Notes under the pieces: generated by a model
What the model was told of the DNA's origin: nothing
The model's database searches: none
What the model saw: the letters and a program-made list of their open reading frames with translations, nothing else
Shown here: in pieces, positions 20,285-29,873 of the stretch
Position numbering within the stretch: the stretch's first letter is position 1
How the letters are laid out: every line of letters starts with the position of its first letter
Position numbers and translations under genes: made by a program
Assembly: GCA_017410245.1 (NCBI GenBank)
Contig: JAFQRE010000044.1
Coordinates: 40,014 to 104,013, forward strand
Direction: 5' to 3'
Origin: Bacteroidaceae bacterium
GTDB taxonomy: Bacteria > Bacteroidota > Bacteroidia > Bacteroidales > Barnesiellaceae_A
DNA: 64,000 nucleotides

Positions 20285-20908
20285 TTAAATCTGTACATAC
20301 AATACTTTCTTTGTCTCAAAAAACTCCTCCTTGAAGTAATCGCTAAGGTCAAACTCCAATAGTCGCTTGCGCAACGGAGCTATCTCGGATTCGAGATTTC
20401 CGCCCTTCAAGCACAACAATCCATTGGCCATGGCATTGTGTTGCTTGGGAGAGATGTTCTTACGCACCAACTTCACCAAGTCGGGCAAAGGCATGACGGC
20501 ACGACTGATGGCAAAGTCGAACTTCTCCTTCTCCTCCTCAATACCTGCATGACGAAACGACACATTGTCAAGTCCAATGGCAGTAGCTATCTCGGTAGCT
20601 ACCCGCACCTTCTTGCCTATGCGATCGATGAGGTGGAAGTGACAATTGGGAAACATGATAGCCAAAGGTATGCCGGGAAAACCTCCTCCTGTACCCACAT
20701 CTACCAAGGTTGTTCCGTCGGTAAACTGCAACACCTCGGCAATGCCAAGCGAGTGCAGAATATGGTGCTCGTATAGGTTGTCGATATCTTTGCGAGATAT
20801 AACATTTATCTTGGCATTCCACTCGGGGTAGAGTGTACCCAATGCAGCATACTGTTCACGTTGTCGTTCGCTCAACTTCGGAAAATATTTCTCTATCAGT
20901 TCTATCAT
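20285..20908 (-). CDS. rsmG: 16S rRNA (guanine527-N7)-methyltransferase
   Basis: SAM motif VDVGTGGGFPGIPLAI, GidB-like length (207 aa). Confidence 0.85.
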   Translation of the reverse strand: MIELIEKYFPKLSERQREQYAALGTLYPEWNAKINVISRKDIDNLYEHHILHSLGIAEVLQFTDGTTLVDVGTGGGFPGIPLAIMFPNCHFHLIDRIGKKVRVATEIATAIGLDNVSFRHAGIEEEKEKFDFAISRAVMPLPDLVKLVRKNISPKQHNAMANGLLCLKGGNLESEIAPLRKRLLEFDLSDYFKEEFFETKKVLYVQI

Positions 20909-20941
20909 ATCTATTTAGGTACTTATTATTCTATTTTTGCT

Positions 20942-20949
20942 CAAAGATA
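20942..20949 (-). promoter_or_regulatory. Bacteroidota -7 promoter box for rsmG
   Basis: The minus strand reads TATCTTTG 34 nt upstream of the start at 20908. Confidence 0.45.
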
Positions 20950-21018
20950 ATACTAAATGTGCTATAATAAGAAAAAAATCACTAACTTTATCATCGCAAA
21001 ATATCACATATACTCTCT

Positions 21019-22557
21019 ATGGAAACTATTATATATATATCGATAGCCCTTATAGCCGGAGTAGTAGTAACATACTTACTCATGCGCCTACAGCATATAA
21101 AACGCAGTAACGAACTCTTACGCGAAATAGACCTCCTGAAAGCCGATCTACAAGCTGCCCGGAATGAACTGCAAAAACAACAAGACGAATGCAATGAGTG
21201 GCATAATAAAGCTAACAATCTTGAGACCGAAAACTATAACAAGACCAACCAATTGGTACGCTTAGAGGCTGATAAAAAGGCTCTTGACGATCGATACAAC
21301 GAGCAGTCCGGTGCTTTGGGACAAGCCTTAGAACGTTGCAACGACCTGCTATCGCAGGTAACAGATGGTAAAGAACACTTTGCTCGTCTCAAGGCCGAGT
21401 ATGACTTGCTACAAGAGAAACTCGACAATCAGAAAAACGAGATGGCCGAGTTGCACAAACTCACTCTATCGCAATTCAAAAATATGGCTTCGGAGATTAT
21501 GGACGAGAAAACGCGCGCCTTCAAAGAGATGAGTGGCGAAAATCTCAAGACCATCTTGGAGCCGTTAAACCGCGATATCGAGGGATTTAAGAAACAAGTG
21601 GCTGAGTGCTACCAAACCGAAAACAGAGATCGCACCAAGCTACAAGAACAGATACACCAACTGGCCCTACAAAACGAACAGATGCGGCGCGAGGCCGACA
21701 AGCTATCGAGTGCCCTGCGTGGTGGTACAAAGGTACAAGGCGACTGGGGCGAAATGATACTCCACAACATACTGCAACAGTCGGGACTGCGTGAAGGAGA
21801 AGACTTTGAGATACAAAAAACCGTAGATGCACAGGGCGATAACAAACGCCCCGATGCGATACTCCATTTCCCCAACCACAGCGACCTCATTATCGACTCG
21901 AAAGTGTCGTTTACAGCCTACGATAACTATATGAATGCCACTACCGACGATGCTCGCAGGGTATATGCCAAGCAGCACCTCGAATCGGTGTACAATCACA
22001 TGCGACAACTTGCCGAGCGCGACTATGCCTCGCGCAATAAGCAGTCGTACGACTTTGTCATTATGTTTATCCCCATCGAGTCGATGTTTCTGCTTGCACT
22101 CGACGAGGCTCGCACACAAGGTCGCAACCTATGGAACGAGGCCTACAATCGCCGAGTTATCATCATGACACCCACCAATCTGGTATTGGCAGTGCGTATG
22201 CTGCAAGATATGTGGCGGCAACAACGCCTCGAAGCAAATATTCGCGCCATCAAAGAGCGTGCCGAGAAAATGTACACACAATTTGTATCATTTGCCACCG
22301 ACATAGACGCTGTACGCCAAAATCTTGATGCCGCTATAGCCTCATGCGATAGTGCTCGCCGTCGTCTTACATCGGGCAACGACAACCTCATCTTGCAATT
22401 TGCCAAGATGCGCAATTTGGGACTTGAGCCTAAGAAGGTAGGCAAGAGCAGTACTCAAAAGAGCTGGCAACTCATGCAAGAAGAGGCCGGAGTATTTGAT
22501 GAAACAACAACCGACAACACCGAAACACTGCCCGAGCAACAACAAACCGAAAACTGA
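21019..22557 (+). CDS. rmuC: DNA recombination protein RmuC
   Basis: N-terminal TM helix, long coiled coil, then the RmuC nuclease-like core (RPDAILHFPNHSDLIIDSKVS, FVIMFIPIE). Confidence 0.85.
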   Translation: METIIYISIALIAGVVVTYLLMRLQHIKRSNELLREIDLLKADLQAARNELQKQQDECNEWHNKANNLETENYNKTNQLVRLEADKKALDDRYNEQSGALGQALERCNDLLSQVTDGKEHFARLKAEYDLLQEKLDNQKNEMAELHKLTLSQFKNMASEIMDEKTRAFKEMSGENLKTILEPLNRDIEGFKKQVAECYQTENRDRTKLQEQIHQLALQNEQMRREADKLSSALRGGTKVQGDWGEMILHNILQQSGLREGEDFEIQKTVDAQGDNKRPDAILHFPNHSDLIIDSKVSFTAYDNYMNATTDDARRVYAKQHLESVYNHMRQLAERDYASRNKQSYDFVIMFIPIESMFLLALDEARTQGRNLWNEAYNRRVIIMTPTNLVLAVRMLQDMWRQQRLEANIRAIKERAEKMYTQFVSFATDIDAVRQNLDAAIASCDSARRRLTSGNDNLILQFAKMRNLGLEPKKVGKSSTQKSWQLMQEEAGVFDETTTDNTETLPEQQQTEN

Positions 22558-22600
22558 AAGGGTTGTTAATACTAATGTTGGAAAAGAACAAAACAAGTTT

Positions 22601-24919
22601 ATGAAACGATTTTTAGTCGCCCTATTCTTAGCCATAGCATGCCTCGCTACTCAAGCACAGACAGTAGGTCTTGTGTTGAGCGGTGGCGGAGCCAAAGGTA
22701 TAGCGCACGTAGGACTCATAAAGGCTCTCGAAGAGCACAATATACCCATCGACTACATTACAGGCACGTCTATGGGATCGATAGTAGGTGCATTGTATGC
22801 CATGGGATATACACCCGATGAGATGATGCAGATATTCAACTCACAAGAGTTTCTCAATTGGGCATTCGGTGTAATACCCAAGGAAGAGCTATACTACTTC
22901 TTGCTACCCGAAAAGACACCCGAGATAGTAACCTTCAACCTCGGGCAAATCATCAAGCCCGATACAACTCAAAATCCCACCAAGATGCTCAATCGCATCA
23001 TACCCGAAAGTGTCATCTCGCCATTGGCCATGAACTTTGCTTTCATGGAACTTTTTGACAGCTATACGGCACAATGCGGTGGCAACTTCGACAAACTCTT
23101 TGTACCCTATCGCGCTATTGCAGCCAATGTCAATACCAAGAGCGAGGAACTACTGAGTAGCGGTAGCTTGGGCGATGCAGTAAGAGCCTCTATGAGTATT
23201 CCGGTGGCATTCAAGCCCATAACCATCAACGGCGATGTGATGTATGATGGTGGTATCTATGACAACTTCCCGGTACGACCCATGGAAGAGACTTTTCACC
23301 CCGACATCATGATTGGTAGCCGACTTGCATCGAACGACACGACAGAACTGCCCCTCGAAGAACAAGATGTAATATCACAGTTGCTTACTTTCGTTATGCA
23401 GAAGAACGACTACACCATTGCTCCCGACAAAGGTATAGTAATAACCTGCCCTACGCAAGACTTTTCGATGTTCGACTTTGACAAAGCTCAGGCCATATAC
23501 CAGAAGGGATATGAAGAGGGTCTTGCCATGATAGACTCGATAGAGAGCAGGATAGATCGTCGAGTGTCGGCCGAGACACGACACATACAGCGACAGGCTT
23601 TTAAAAATCGCACACCCACTATGCGCTTTAGCAAAAATATCACTATCGAGGGGGTGAAAGATAGCGAGAAAGAGTATATCATACGTCAGTTCTACTCGTC
23701 CGACTCTACAATGACTATAGACGATGTGTACCGTGGTTTCTTGCGCAATATATCTACCCAAAAGTTGGCCGACTTGCGTCCTCAAGCTCGCTACAATACC
23801 GAGACTGAGCTCTTTGACCTACACCTCATTGCCAAGAGTCGCGAAGGAGTGTCGGTAGGATTGGGAGGTTTCATTTCGTCGCACAACGCCAACTCGATAT
23901 ACATTGGAGGGCACTATCATACCTTGCGTCTCAACTCACTCGACTTCGACGCAGGTCTATATCTGGGACAATCCTATCAAGGAGGCTCTATATCGAGTCG
24001 CATAGATATTGGTCGCAGCCACCCCATGTATCTGAAACTGCTGATGGTGAGTCAAGTACATCACTACAACGAGAGTCTGAAGCCATTTTACGCATTCAAC
24101 ACGCCCTCATTTATCTCCGACAACGAAAACTATGCCAAGGTTTCGCTGGGATTGCCCATTGCAAGTCGCGCCAAGTTGGAGTTTTCGGCCGGATATGGCT
24201 ACTTGGTAGATAGATACTACCAAAGCAATCTGCTCGACTACAGCAATGAAAAGCGCGATGTAAGCAGCTACAGCATGGGCATGGCATCGGTACATATAGA
24301 GACCAATTGGCTCGACAACATCACCTATCCCACGCACGGTGGCTACTTCAGTGCTACAGCCAGCTACGTTGGAGGCTCTGAGTGGTTCAAGTCGGTAGAT
24401 GCCAACATAAAGAGCTCCTCTCGCCCTCACAATTATTTCCAACTACAAGCCTCGGCACACTACTATCTCCCCATCAACAGCCCCTTTGCGTTGGGCTTGC
24501 GTGGCAAATTTGTATATAACAACAATCAATTCTGCGAGAACTATACAGCGACAATGATACAAGCCCCGGCTTTCGAGCCTACACCATCGAGTCGCAACAC
24601 TTTCAATACCGGCATGCGTGCCAACCAATTTGTAGCAGTAGGAATATTGCCTATATGGAAGATAATCAACAACCTACAGCTACGCACCGAGTTCTATGGA
24701 TTTGTTCCCATACACCCCATATACGAGGGAACAAACAACAAGCCCTACTATGGAGAAGCATTTGAACGCATCGATTTTATGGGCGAAGCGGCTATAGTAT
24801 ATACTCTACCTTGGGCAGCGCTGAGCCTATATGGCAACTACTGCAATGCATCGCGCGAACCATGGACCTTTGGCGTAACATTGGGAGTACAGCTATTTGC
24901 GCCCAATTTTATCGAATAA
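22601..24919 (+). CDS. Patatin-like phospholipase fused to a C-terminal outer-membrane beta-barrel (Omp85/surface-antigen-like)
   Basis: Signal peptide MKRFLVALFLAIACLATQAQ; GLVLSGGGAKG oxyanion motif; GTSMGS (GxSxG); MYDGGIYDN (catalytic DGG). The listed ORF start 22496 overlaps rmuC; ATG 22601 is preferred. Confidence 0.85.
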   Translation: MKRFLVALFLAIACLATQAQTVGLVLSGGGAKGIAHVGLIKALEEHNIPIDYITGTSMGSIVGALYAMGYTPDEMMQIFNSQEFLNWAFGVIPKEELYYFLLPEKTPEIVTFNLGQIIKPDTTQNPTKMLNRIIPESVISPLAMNFAFMELFDSYTAQCGGNFDKLFVPYRAIAANVNTKSEELLSSGSLGDAVRASMSIPVAFKPITINGDVMYDGGIYDNFPVRPMEETFHPDIMIGSRLASNDTTELPLEEQDVISQLLTFVMQKNDYTIAPDKGIVITCPTQDFSMFDFDKAQAIYQKGYEEGLAMIDSIESRIDRRVSAETRHIQRQAFKNRTPTMRFSKNITIEGVKDSEKEYIIRQFYSSDSTMTIDDVYRGFLRNISTQKLADLRPQARYNTETELFDLHLIAKSREGVSVGLGGFISSHNANSIYIGGHYHTLRLNSLDFDAGLYLGQSYQGGSISSRIDIGRSHPMYLKLLMVSQVHHYNESLKPFYAFNTPSFISDNENYAKVSLGLPIASRAKLEFSAGYGYLVDRYYQSNLLDYSNEKRDVSSYSMGMASVHIETNWLDNITYPTHGGYFSATASYVGGSEWFKSVDANIKSSSRPHNYFQLQASAHYYLPINSPFALGLRGKFVYNNNQFCENYTATMIQAPAFEPTPSSRNTFNTGMRANQFVAVGILPIWKIINNLQLRTEFYGFVPIHPIYEGTNNKPYYGEAFERIDFMGEAAIVYTLPWAALSLYGNYCNASREPWTFGVTLGVQLFAPNFIE

Positions 24920-25011
24920 ATTTTTTCAATTCAATAAATTGATTATCAACATATTAAAAAATTAATTATTAAAAAGTAGTAGATAAACTTCTGTAATTAA
25001 AAAAATATTTC

Positions 25012-25019
25012 TACCTTTG
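25012..25019 (+). promoter_or_regulatory. Bacteroidota -7 promoter box for the tRNA-Arg array
   Basis: TACCTTTG ends 10 nt before the first tRNA 5' end. Confidence 0.55.
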
Positions 25020-25029
25020 CACCGCGTTT

Positions 25030-25103
25030 GGCTCCGTAGCTTAACTGAATAGAGCATCTGACTACGGATCAGAAGGTTACAGGTTTGAATCCTGTCGGAG
25101 TCA
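25030..25103 (+). tRNA. tRNA-Arg(ACG), copy 1
   Basis: Hand-folded cloverleaf: acceptor GGCTCCG/CGGAGTC, anticodon stem TCTGA/TCAGA, loop CT-ACG-GA, T-arm ACAGG-TTTGAAT-CCTGT. 74 nt, CCA not encoded. Confidence 0.9.
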
Positions 25104-25113
25104 CAAACAAAGG

Positions 25114-25187
25114 GGTCCCGTAGCTTAACTGAATAGAGCATCTGACTACGGATCAGAAGGTTACAGGTTTGAATCCTGTCGGGATCA
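25114..25187 (+). tRNA. tRNA-Arg(ACG), copy 2 (acceptor-stem variant)
   Basis: Same body as copy 1. Acceptor is GGTCCCG/CGGGATC, so base pairs 3:70 and 4:69 are swapped in a compensatory way. Confidence 0.9.
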
Positions 25188-25207
25188 CAAAAAAAACATA
25201 ATGAGGA

Positions 25208-25281
25208 GGCTCCGTAGCTTAACTGAATAGAGCATCTGACTACGGATCAGAAGGTTACAGGTTTGAATCCTGTCGGAGTCA
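25208..25281 (+). tRNA. tRNA-Arg(ACG), copy 3
   Basis: Identical to copy 1 over 74 nt. Confidence 0.9.
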
Positions 25282-25310
25282 CAAAAGAAACAGAATAAAA
25301 AAACAAATAA

Positions 25311-25342
25311 GACAATAACCGAGCCAAGTCCGAGTTATTGTC
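25311..25342 (+). terminator. Rho-independent terminator after the tRNA-Arg array
   Basis: 9-bp stem gacaataac / gttattgtc followed by ttttttt. Confidence 0.7.
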
Positions 25343-25641
25343 TTTTTTTCCCCACAAAAAGAACGGGTCGATGTAGCACAAGCTACAAACAGCCCACCAA
25401 AGAAATATAAGTTCATTTTTACAGGGCATACATGATGCGACTACGCACAATCGAAAGAAAATCAAAGTACTTAAACCTTTTCAGGTGTATTGCACCGCCA
25501 TGCAGGCTATGCAATAAAATCTGAAACGGGAGTTCTTTGACTTCTTAGTTTTTCGAGAAGGCTCAACGAGACACCACTCGTTGCTCGAAAGACACCGATG
25601 CGTAGTGTTATGCCAAAAGTAAAAAAATCATCACACTTTTT

Positions 25642-25649
25642 TATTTTTG
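25642..25649 (+). promoter_or_regulatory. Candidate -7 promoter box for the AAA+ gene
   Basis: TATTTTTG lies 125 nt upstream of ATG 25774. Confidence 0.35.
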
Positions 25650-25773
25650 CCACGACACTGAGGGTTTGCTGTATCTGTACACACCTTCGGGTCCTCTATC
25701 GCCATATGGGCACCATACCGTGTCTTGCCCATGCTATATCACCTTATTTATCAACCATTAGATACTTACAGTT

Positions 25774-28383
25774 ATGAAAAAAAATGAACTTAACAAAATA
25801 TACAACCCCTATCGCGAAATCGTACATAAAGGAACTCGCATCAAAAAACTCAACCAAAACTACACCCGCATCAGCTACCAAGGACACAACTACGTTGTTC
25901 CTCAAGCTACAACAAGCTGCCACACCGTATGCAACATCACAATCTCTCTTGGCGAAACAGTAATCGAGATTGCCGACGATGCAACTGACAATACCAGCTT
26001 GCACGAAGAACATACCCATTATTTGGGTATAGAGTGTGTGACCGAACGCACCATTTACGATTTTGATTCTTGCAGCGACATCATGCTCACCCTCTTTGCC
26101 AAAGATAGCAATGAGCCGGTAGCCATAGGCCAACTGCATGAGTTCCTCGACCGATACCTTTTCTTCAACGAGAACGACAGCAAAATAACACTCCAATCGG
26201 GCGATTATGTTGCTATCATCAATGGTATGAAACACCGCAACACATGCTTCAATATCAAAGAGAATTACATTGCTTTTACCTTCTCGGTAGCTACAAGCCA
26301 AAGCGGATACCAAGGCATCAAAAGCGCATCATGCCTACAAGGCAAAGCACTTACTACAGGCTCTAACGAACCTATCCGCATTGAGTTGAAGCATCTGGTA
26401 CAACCTCGTCAATATGAGAAATTGCATGCTCTCTGTTTCGACTCTGAGTTGTCGCTAATTTCGTCCGACAACATCACCTTATCGTCACATCAGGCGCACG
26501 ACAAGTGTGTGATAGAGGTAAAGCCCTCAACCTGCTGGATAGAGAATGAAAGCTATATGCTGGTTATAGGCGATGAGCGCAAGGCCGTTGCAGCTGTTGG
26601 CTTCACACCTTCCACACAACCGTGTTGTCAAATCTTCAACAGCGATAATATTGATGCAATATATCGCAATGCCTACATTGCTCAGAAAAATGACATCGTA
26701 ACGCAACGTATGTTACAAGCCCTCACCGGTATGTCGCAAATGCGAAAACAAATGTTCGACCTATACACCGATCGCCTGCATATCAACCGTATAAACAAGC
26801 AAATACCTCATCTTAACATACCCACTGCTCACAACATGATTGTGAAGATGCACACCAAACACGAGCCTAGCAAAGTACTGAATGCACCCAACACACTCTC
26901 ACGCATACTCAACGGCGAGAGTGCCGAGTATGTAGATTGTGCTAAGATTGACACGGATAACTCATGGCGCGATATTGATGGCGACTCAGAAGCCTCGATA
27001 TGGTGCAATCTGTATGCACTATACAACAACAAGCATCTCACCGAGAAACATATCTACTCATACATGGCACGAGGCAGACGTGTAATACTATTTGATACAG
27101 CCGAAGCCATAAACAAATTCTTCGCAGCTTTTCCTATGGCTCGCTACCACTTTGATGAGCGTTATACCTTCCAGCATCATTGCCCCACCTCTAAGGAGGT
27201 AACATACAAGTTTATAGATTGCATCAAAGGCGAATTGCACGCTACCTCCACTACCGAGACCAATGCTCTCATATACAGCATCGCCCAAGAGTGTAACGAA
27301 TGTATAGAGATATACAATTACAACACGATAGCCAACTTTATACGCAACGTAGTAGGCCCTTGCAAGAACAGGCGTATTCTCAATGCCATTACCAATGAGA
27401 TGCTCATATCGGAGCAATACATCAATATTGTTAAACCCGAGGATATAGATATAGCACAATACAAGAAAGTGCTATCGCCCCATACCGGCAACAACGATGC
27501 AACAACTGCCCTCGACAATCTTGTTGGACTGAAAAATATCAAAGACGATATAGCACAATTGGCAATTGAATTACAATTTCAACAACATCGCCGTTCGATA
27601 GGTCTCAACACCGAAGGCAATGGCTGTCATCACATGATATTCACCGGCAATCCCGGTACCGGCAAGACTACAGTTGCCAAGATGATAGGCAAGATATTCC
27701 ACTCGCTGGGACTACTATCGAAAGGTGAAGTCATCGTTACAGAGCGTAGCAAGATGCTGGGCCGTTATATAGGAGAAACAGAGGAGAAAATGCGAGATCT
27801 CCTCAAAGAAGCGCAAGGCAATGTACTATTCATCGATGAGGCCTACACCCTATGCAAAAGCGAAGATGATGACCGTGACTTCGGCCGTCATGCCATCGAG
27901 TCGTTGCTTACAATCTTGGCCGATGAGACCGCCGACATATTGGTCATCATGGCCGGATATGAAAAGGAGATGGAACAGATGATGGATATCAACACCGGAC
28001 TCAAGGGACGTTTCCCCCATCATTGGCACTTCCCCGACTACAACTGCGAGGAGCTGATGCAGATAGCATACAACAACCTCCGTGCCGAACAGTACAGCCT
28101 TACCGACGAGGCCGATGCAACACTGCGAGAAGTCATCATACGCACCTTGCAACAGGGCAACCGACACTTCAGCAACGCTCGTTGGATAAAGCAACAGATT
28201 ACCCACCGCATATTGCCTGCCATGGCTCGCCGCGTTATGTCGCAACCTCGCAGCAACGACACATCGCTATATAGTACTATCGAGGCATGCGACATAGCCG
28301 GTATTATGCCTCAAGCTACACCCAAGTCGGTCTCGCGCCCTACCATTGGCTTCTGTACAACACAGTTGCCAACGGTAGCTTGA
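25774..28383 (+). CDS. 869-aa AAA+ ATPase: C-terminal CbbX/SpoVK/EccA-type AAA module, about 580-aa N-terminal region with no domain I recognise
   Basis: Walker A GNPGTGKT (27646-27669); Walker B VLFIDEAY; downstream ILVIMAGY...GLKGRF (sensor/arginine region) typical of the CbbX/SpoVK clade. No signal peptide or TM helix. Confidence 0.8.
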   Translation: MKKNELNKIYNPYREIVHKGTRIKKLNQNYTRISYQGHNYVVPQATTSCHTVCNITISLGETVIEIADDATDNTSLHEEHTHYLGIECVTERTIYDFDSCSDIMLTLFAKDSNEPVAIGQLHEFLDRYLFFNENDSKITLQSGDYVAIINGMKHRNTCFNIKENYIAFTFSVATSQSGYQGIKSASCLQGKALTTGSNEPIRIELKHLVQPRQYEKLHALCFDSELSLISSDNITLSSHQAHDKCVIEVKPSTCWIENESYMLVIGDERKAVAAVGFTPSTQPCCQIFNSDNIDAIYRNAYIAQKNDIVTQRMLQALTGMSQMRKQMFDLYTDRLHINRINKQIPHLNIPTAHNMIVKMHTKHEPSKVLNAPNTLSRILNGESAEYVDCAKIDTDNSWRDIDGDSEASIWCNLYALYNNKHLTEKHIYSYMARGRRVILFDTAEAINKFFAAFPMARYHFDERYTFQHHCPTSKEVTYKFIDCIKGELHATSTTETNALIYSIAQECNECIEIYNYNTIANFIRNVVGPCKNRRILNAITNEMLISEQYINIVKPEDIDIAQYKKVLSPHTGNNDATTALDNLVGLKNIKDDIAQLAIELQFQQHRRSIGLNTEGNGCHHMIFTGNPGTGKTTVAKMIGKIFHSLGLLSKGEVIVTERSKMLGRYIGETEEKMRDLLKEAQGNVLFIDEAYTLCKSEDDDRDFGRHAIESLLTILADETADILVIMAGYEKEMEQMMDINTGLKGRFPHHWHFPDYNCEELMQIAYNNLRAEQYSLTDEADATLREVIIRTLQQGNRHFSNARWIKQQITHRILPAMARRVMSQPRSNDTSLYSTIEACDIAGIMPQATPKSVSRPTIGFCTTQLPTVA

Positions 28384-28425
28384 CAAAAACAGCGATAATA
28401 GGCTATGCGATGAAAATAAAATCAT

Positions 28426-28433
28426 TACTTTTG
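28426..28433 (+). promoter_or_regulatory. Candidate -7 promoter box immediately upstream of the Sel1 gene
   Basis: TACTTTTG lies 20 nt upstream of ATG 28453. Confidence 0.45.
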
Positions 28434-28452
28434 TACTACAAAAAACAAGGAT

Positions 28453-29358
28453 ATGGATAACAAAGAAAAAGCCGAAGCCCTGCTACGCATGGGGCAATCA
28501 TATATAAGTGGTGAGAATGGTGCCAAGAAAGACTACGCACGCGCCATAGAGGTATGGAAAGAGGCTGCCGCACTTGGCAACGTAGATGCTCAATATAACC
28601 TCGGTGTGTGCTACAACAATGGTACTGGCGTTAAGGCCGATAATGCCGAGGCTGCCCGTTGGTGGACCAAGGCAGCCCGACAAGGTGATGTCACATCGAT
28701 ATTCAACATTGCACTTTTCTATCAACAAGGTATAGGCGTAAAACAAGACTACAACGAGAGCCTCAAATGGATGCTCATGGCGGCTCAACAAGACGACCCT
28801 GATGCAATATTCCAGATAGGTATGTACCACGAAAACGGTTGGGGCACACCCATAGATGCTTTTGAGGCACAAAGATACTACCTCCAAGCTGCTCAGAAGG
28901 GTCACCCCAAGGCCCAAACCATTGTGGGCATGGAGTTGTACAACAACAACCAATACAACGAGGCAGTAGAGTGGTTTGGCAAAAGTGCCGAGCAAGGCTA
29001 TGCCGATGCACAATACTATATGGCCCGTTGCTACATGAACGGTCATGGCGTAACACAAAACAATGAGGAGATGGTTGCCTACTACCAAAAAGCAGCGCGA
29101 CAAGGCCACACCGATGCGCTATACAATTTGGGATACTGCCACCTCAATGGCATAGGGACACCGGAGAACATAGAGTTGGCTCTGCAATGCTTCAAGAAAG
29201 CTGCACAAAACGGTGATGCCGAGGCACAATACATTACAGCCATGCTATGCGAAAATGGATTGGGTTGCGAAGCCGACATAGACGAAGCAACACACTGGTA
29301 TAACCAAGCCGCAGAGCAAGGTCACCAAGGTGCTAAAGAGTGGCAAGCCAAGAAATAG
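28453..29358 (+). CDS. Sel1-like repeat (SLR/TPR-family) protein, cytoplasmic, about 8 repeats
   Basis: Repeated about 36-aa units of the form AQYNLGxCYxNGxGVxxDxxEAxxWxxKAAxQGxxxA (e.g. AQYNLGVCYNNGTGVKADNAEAARWWTKAARQGD). No signal peptide. Confidence 0.85.
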   Translation: MDNKEKAEALLRMGQSYISGENGAKKDYARAIEVWKEAAALGNVDAQYNLGVCYNNGTGVKADNAEAARWWTKAARQGDVTSIFNIALFYQQGIGVKQDYNESLKWMLMAAQQDDPDAIFQIGMYHENGWGTPIDAFEAQRYYLQAAQKGHPKAQTIVGMELYNNNQYNEAVEWFGKSAEQGYADAQYYMARCYMNGHGVTQNNEEMVAYYQKAARQGHTDALYNLGYCHLNGIGTPENIELALQCFKKAAQNGDAEAQYITAMLCENGLGCEADIDEATHWYNQAAEQGHQGAKEWQAKK

Positions 29359-29382
29359 AATACCAAGCCCACAAGGGTAATA

Positions 29383-29859
29383 TTAACCCTCGCTCTGCTC
29401 ATTGAGATATTCGCCCACCAGTCGGGCGGCAAAGGCCACATATTCCGAGCAAGGACGACGCTTGTAATACTCCGGTGTACGTTCCTCGGGTACAGGGGCA
29501 TCGCTATGTTGTTTGAGGCCCAATAGTTCACGACACACTATACTGCCACACTCCTTGCGATAACGGTCGGCAAGGAGTTGAACACCACTATAAATGCGAG
29601 TACGGGCTTGTCGGTCGGTTGCCGATACACCTCGGTGCGCCACATGGCTCACCATAAACATACCGCTTACAGCACCACACACCTCGCGCAGACGTCCCAT
29701 ACCACCACCCAATGGTTGCACCAACAATGCCAGTGCATCGGCATCTTGTCCCAACACATCGGCATAGGCCACAACTACAGCTTGAGAGCAATTATACCCT
29801 TGTTCAAATGCCTCGCGGGCACGAGCCGAGCGAGCTTCCACGTCTATTTTCATACTCAT
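29383..29859 (-). CDS. C_GCAxxG_C_C family protein (putative redox-active)
   Basis: YNCSQAVV, VCGAVSG and CRELL motifs in the family-typical order. 158 aa. Confidence 0.75.
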   Translation of the reverse strand: MSMKIDVEARSARAREAFEQGYNCSQAVVVAYADVLGQDADALALLVQPLGGGMGRLREVCGAVSGMFMVSHVAHRGVSATDRQARTRIYSGVQLLADRYRKECGSIVCRELLGLKQHSDAPVPEERTPEYYKRRPCSEYVAFAARLVGEYLNEQSEG

Positions 29860-29873
29860 TTCTTACCTATAAG

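Noticed and set aside
22496-22600. N-terminal extensions of listed ORFs (22496 for the patatin gene, 13871 for nhaD, 6262 for rnfE, 34918 for pif1, 40830 for rlmB, 43409 for DUF4835, 44613 for coaBC, 61682 for rimM)
   Set aside because: Each extension overlaps the upstream gene, a terminator or a promoter, often begins with TTG/GTG, and precedes an internal ATG that gives a canonical N-terminus or signal peptide. The trimmed starts are used in the feature list.
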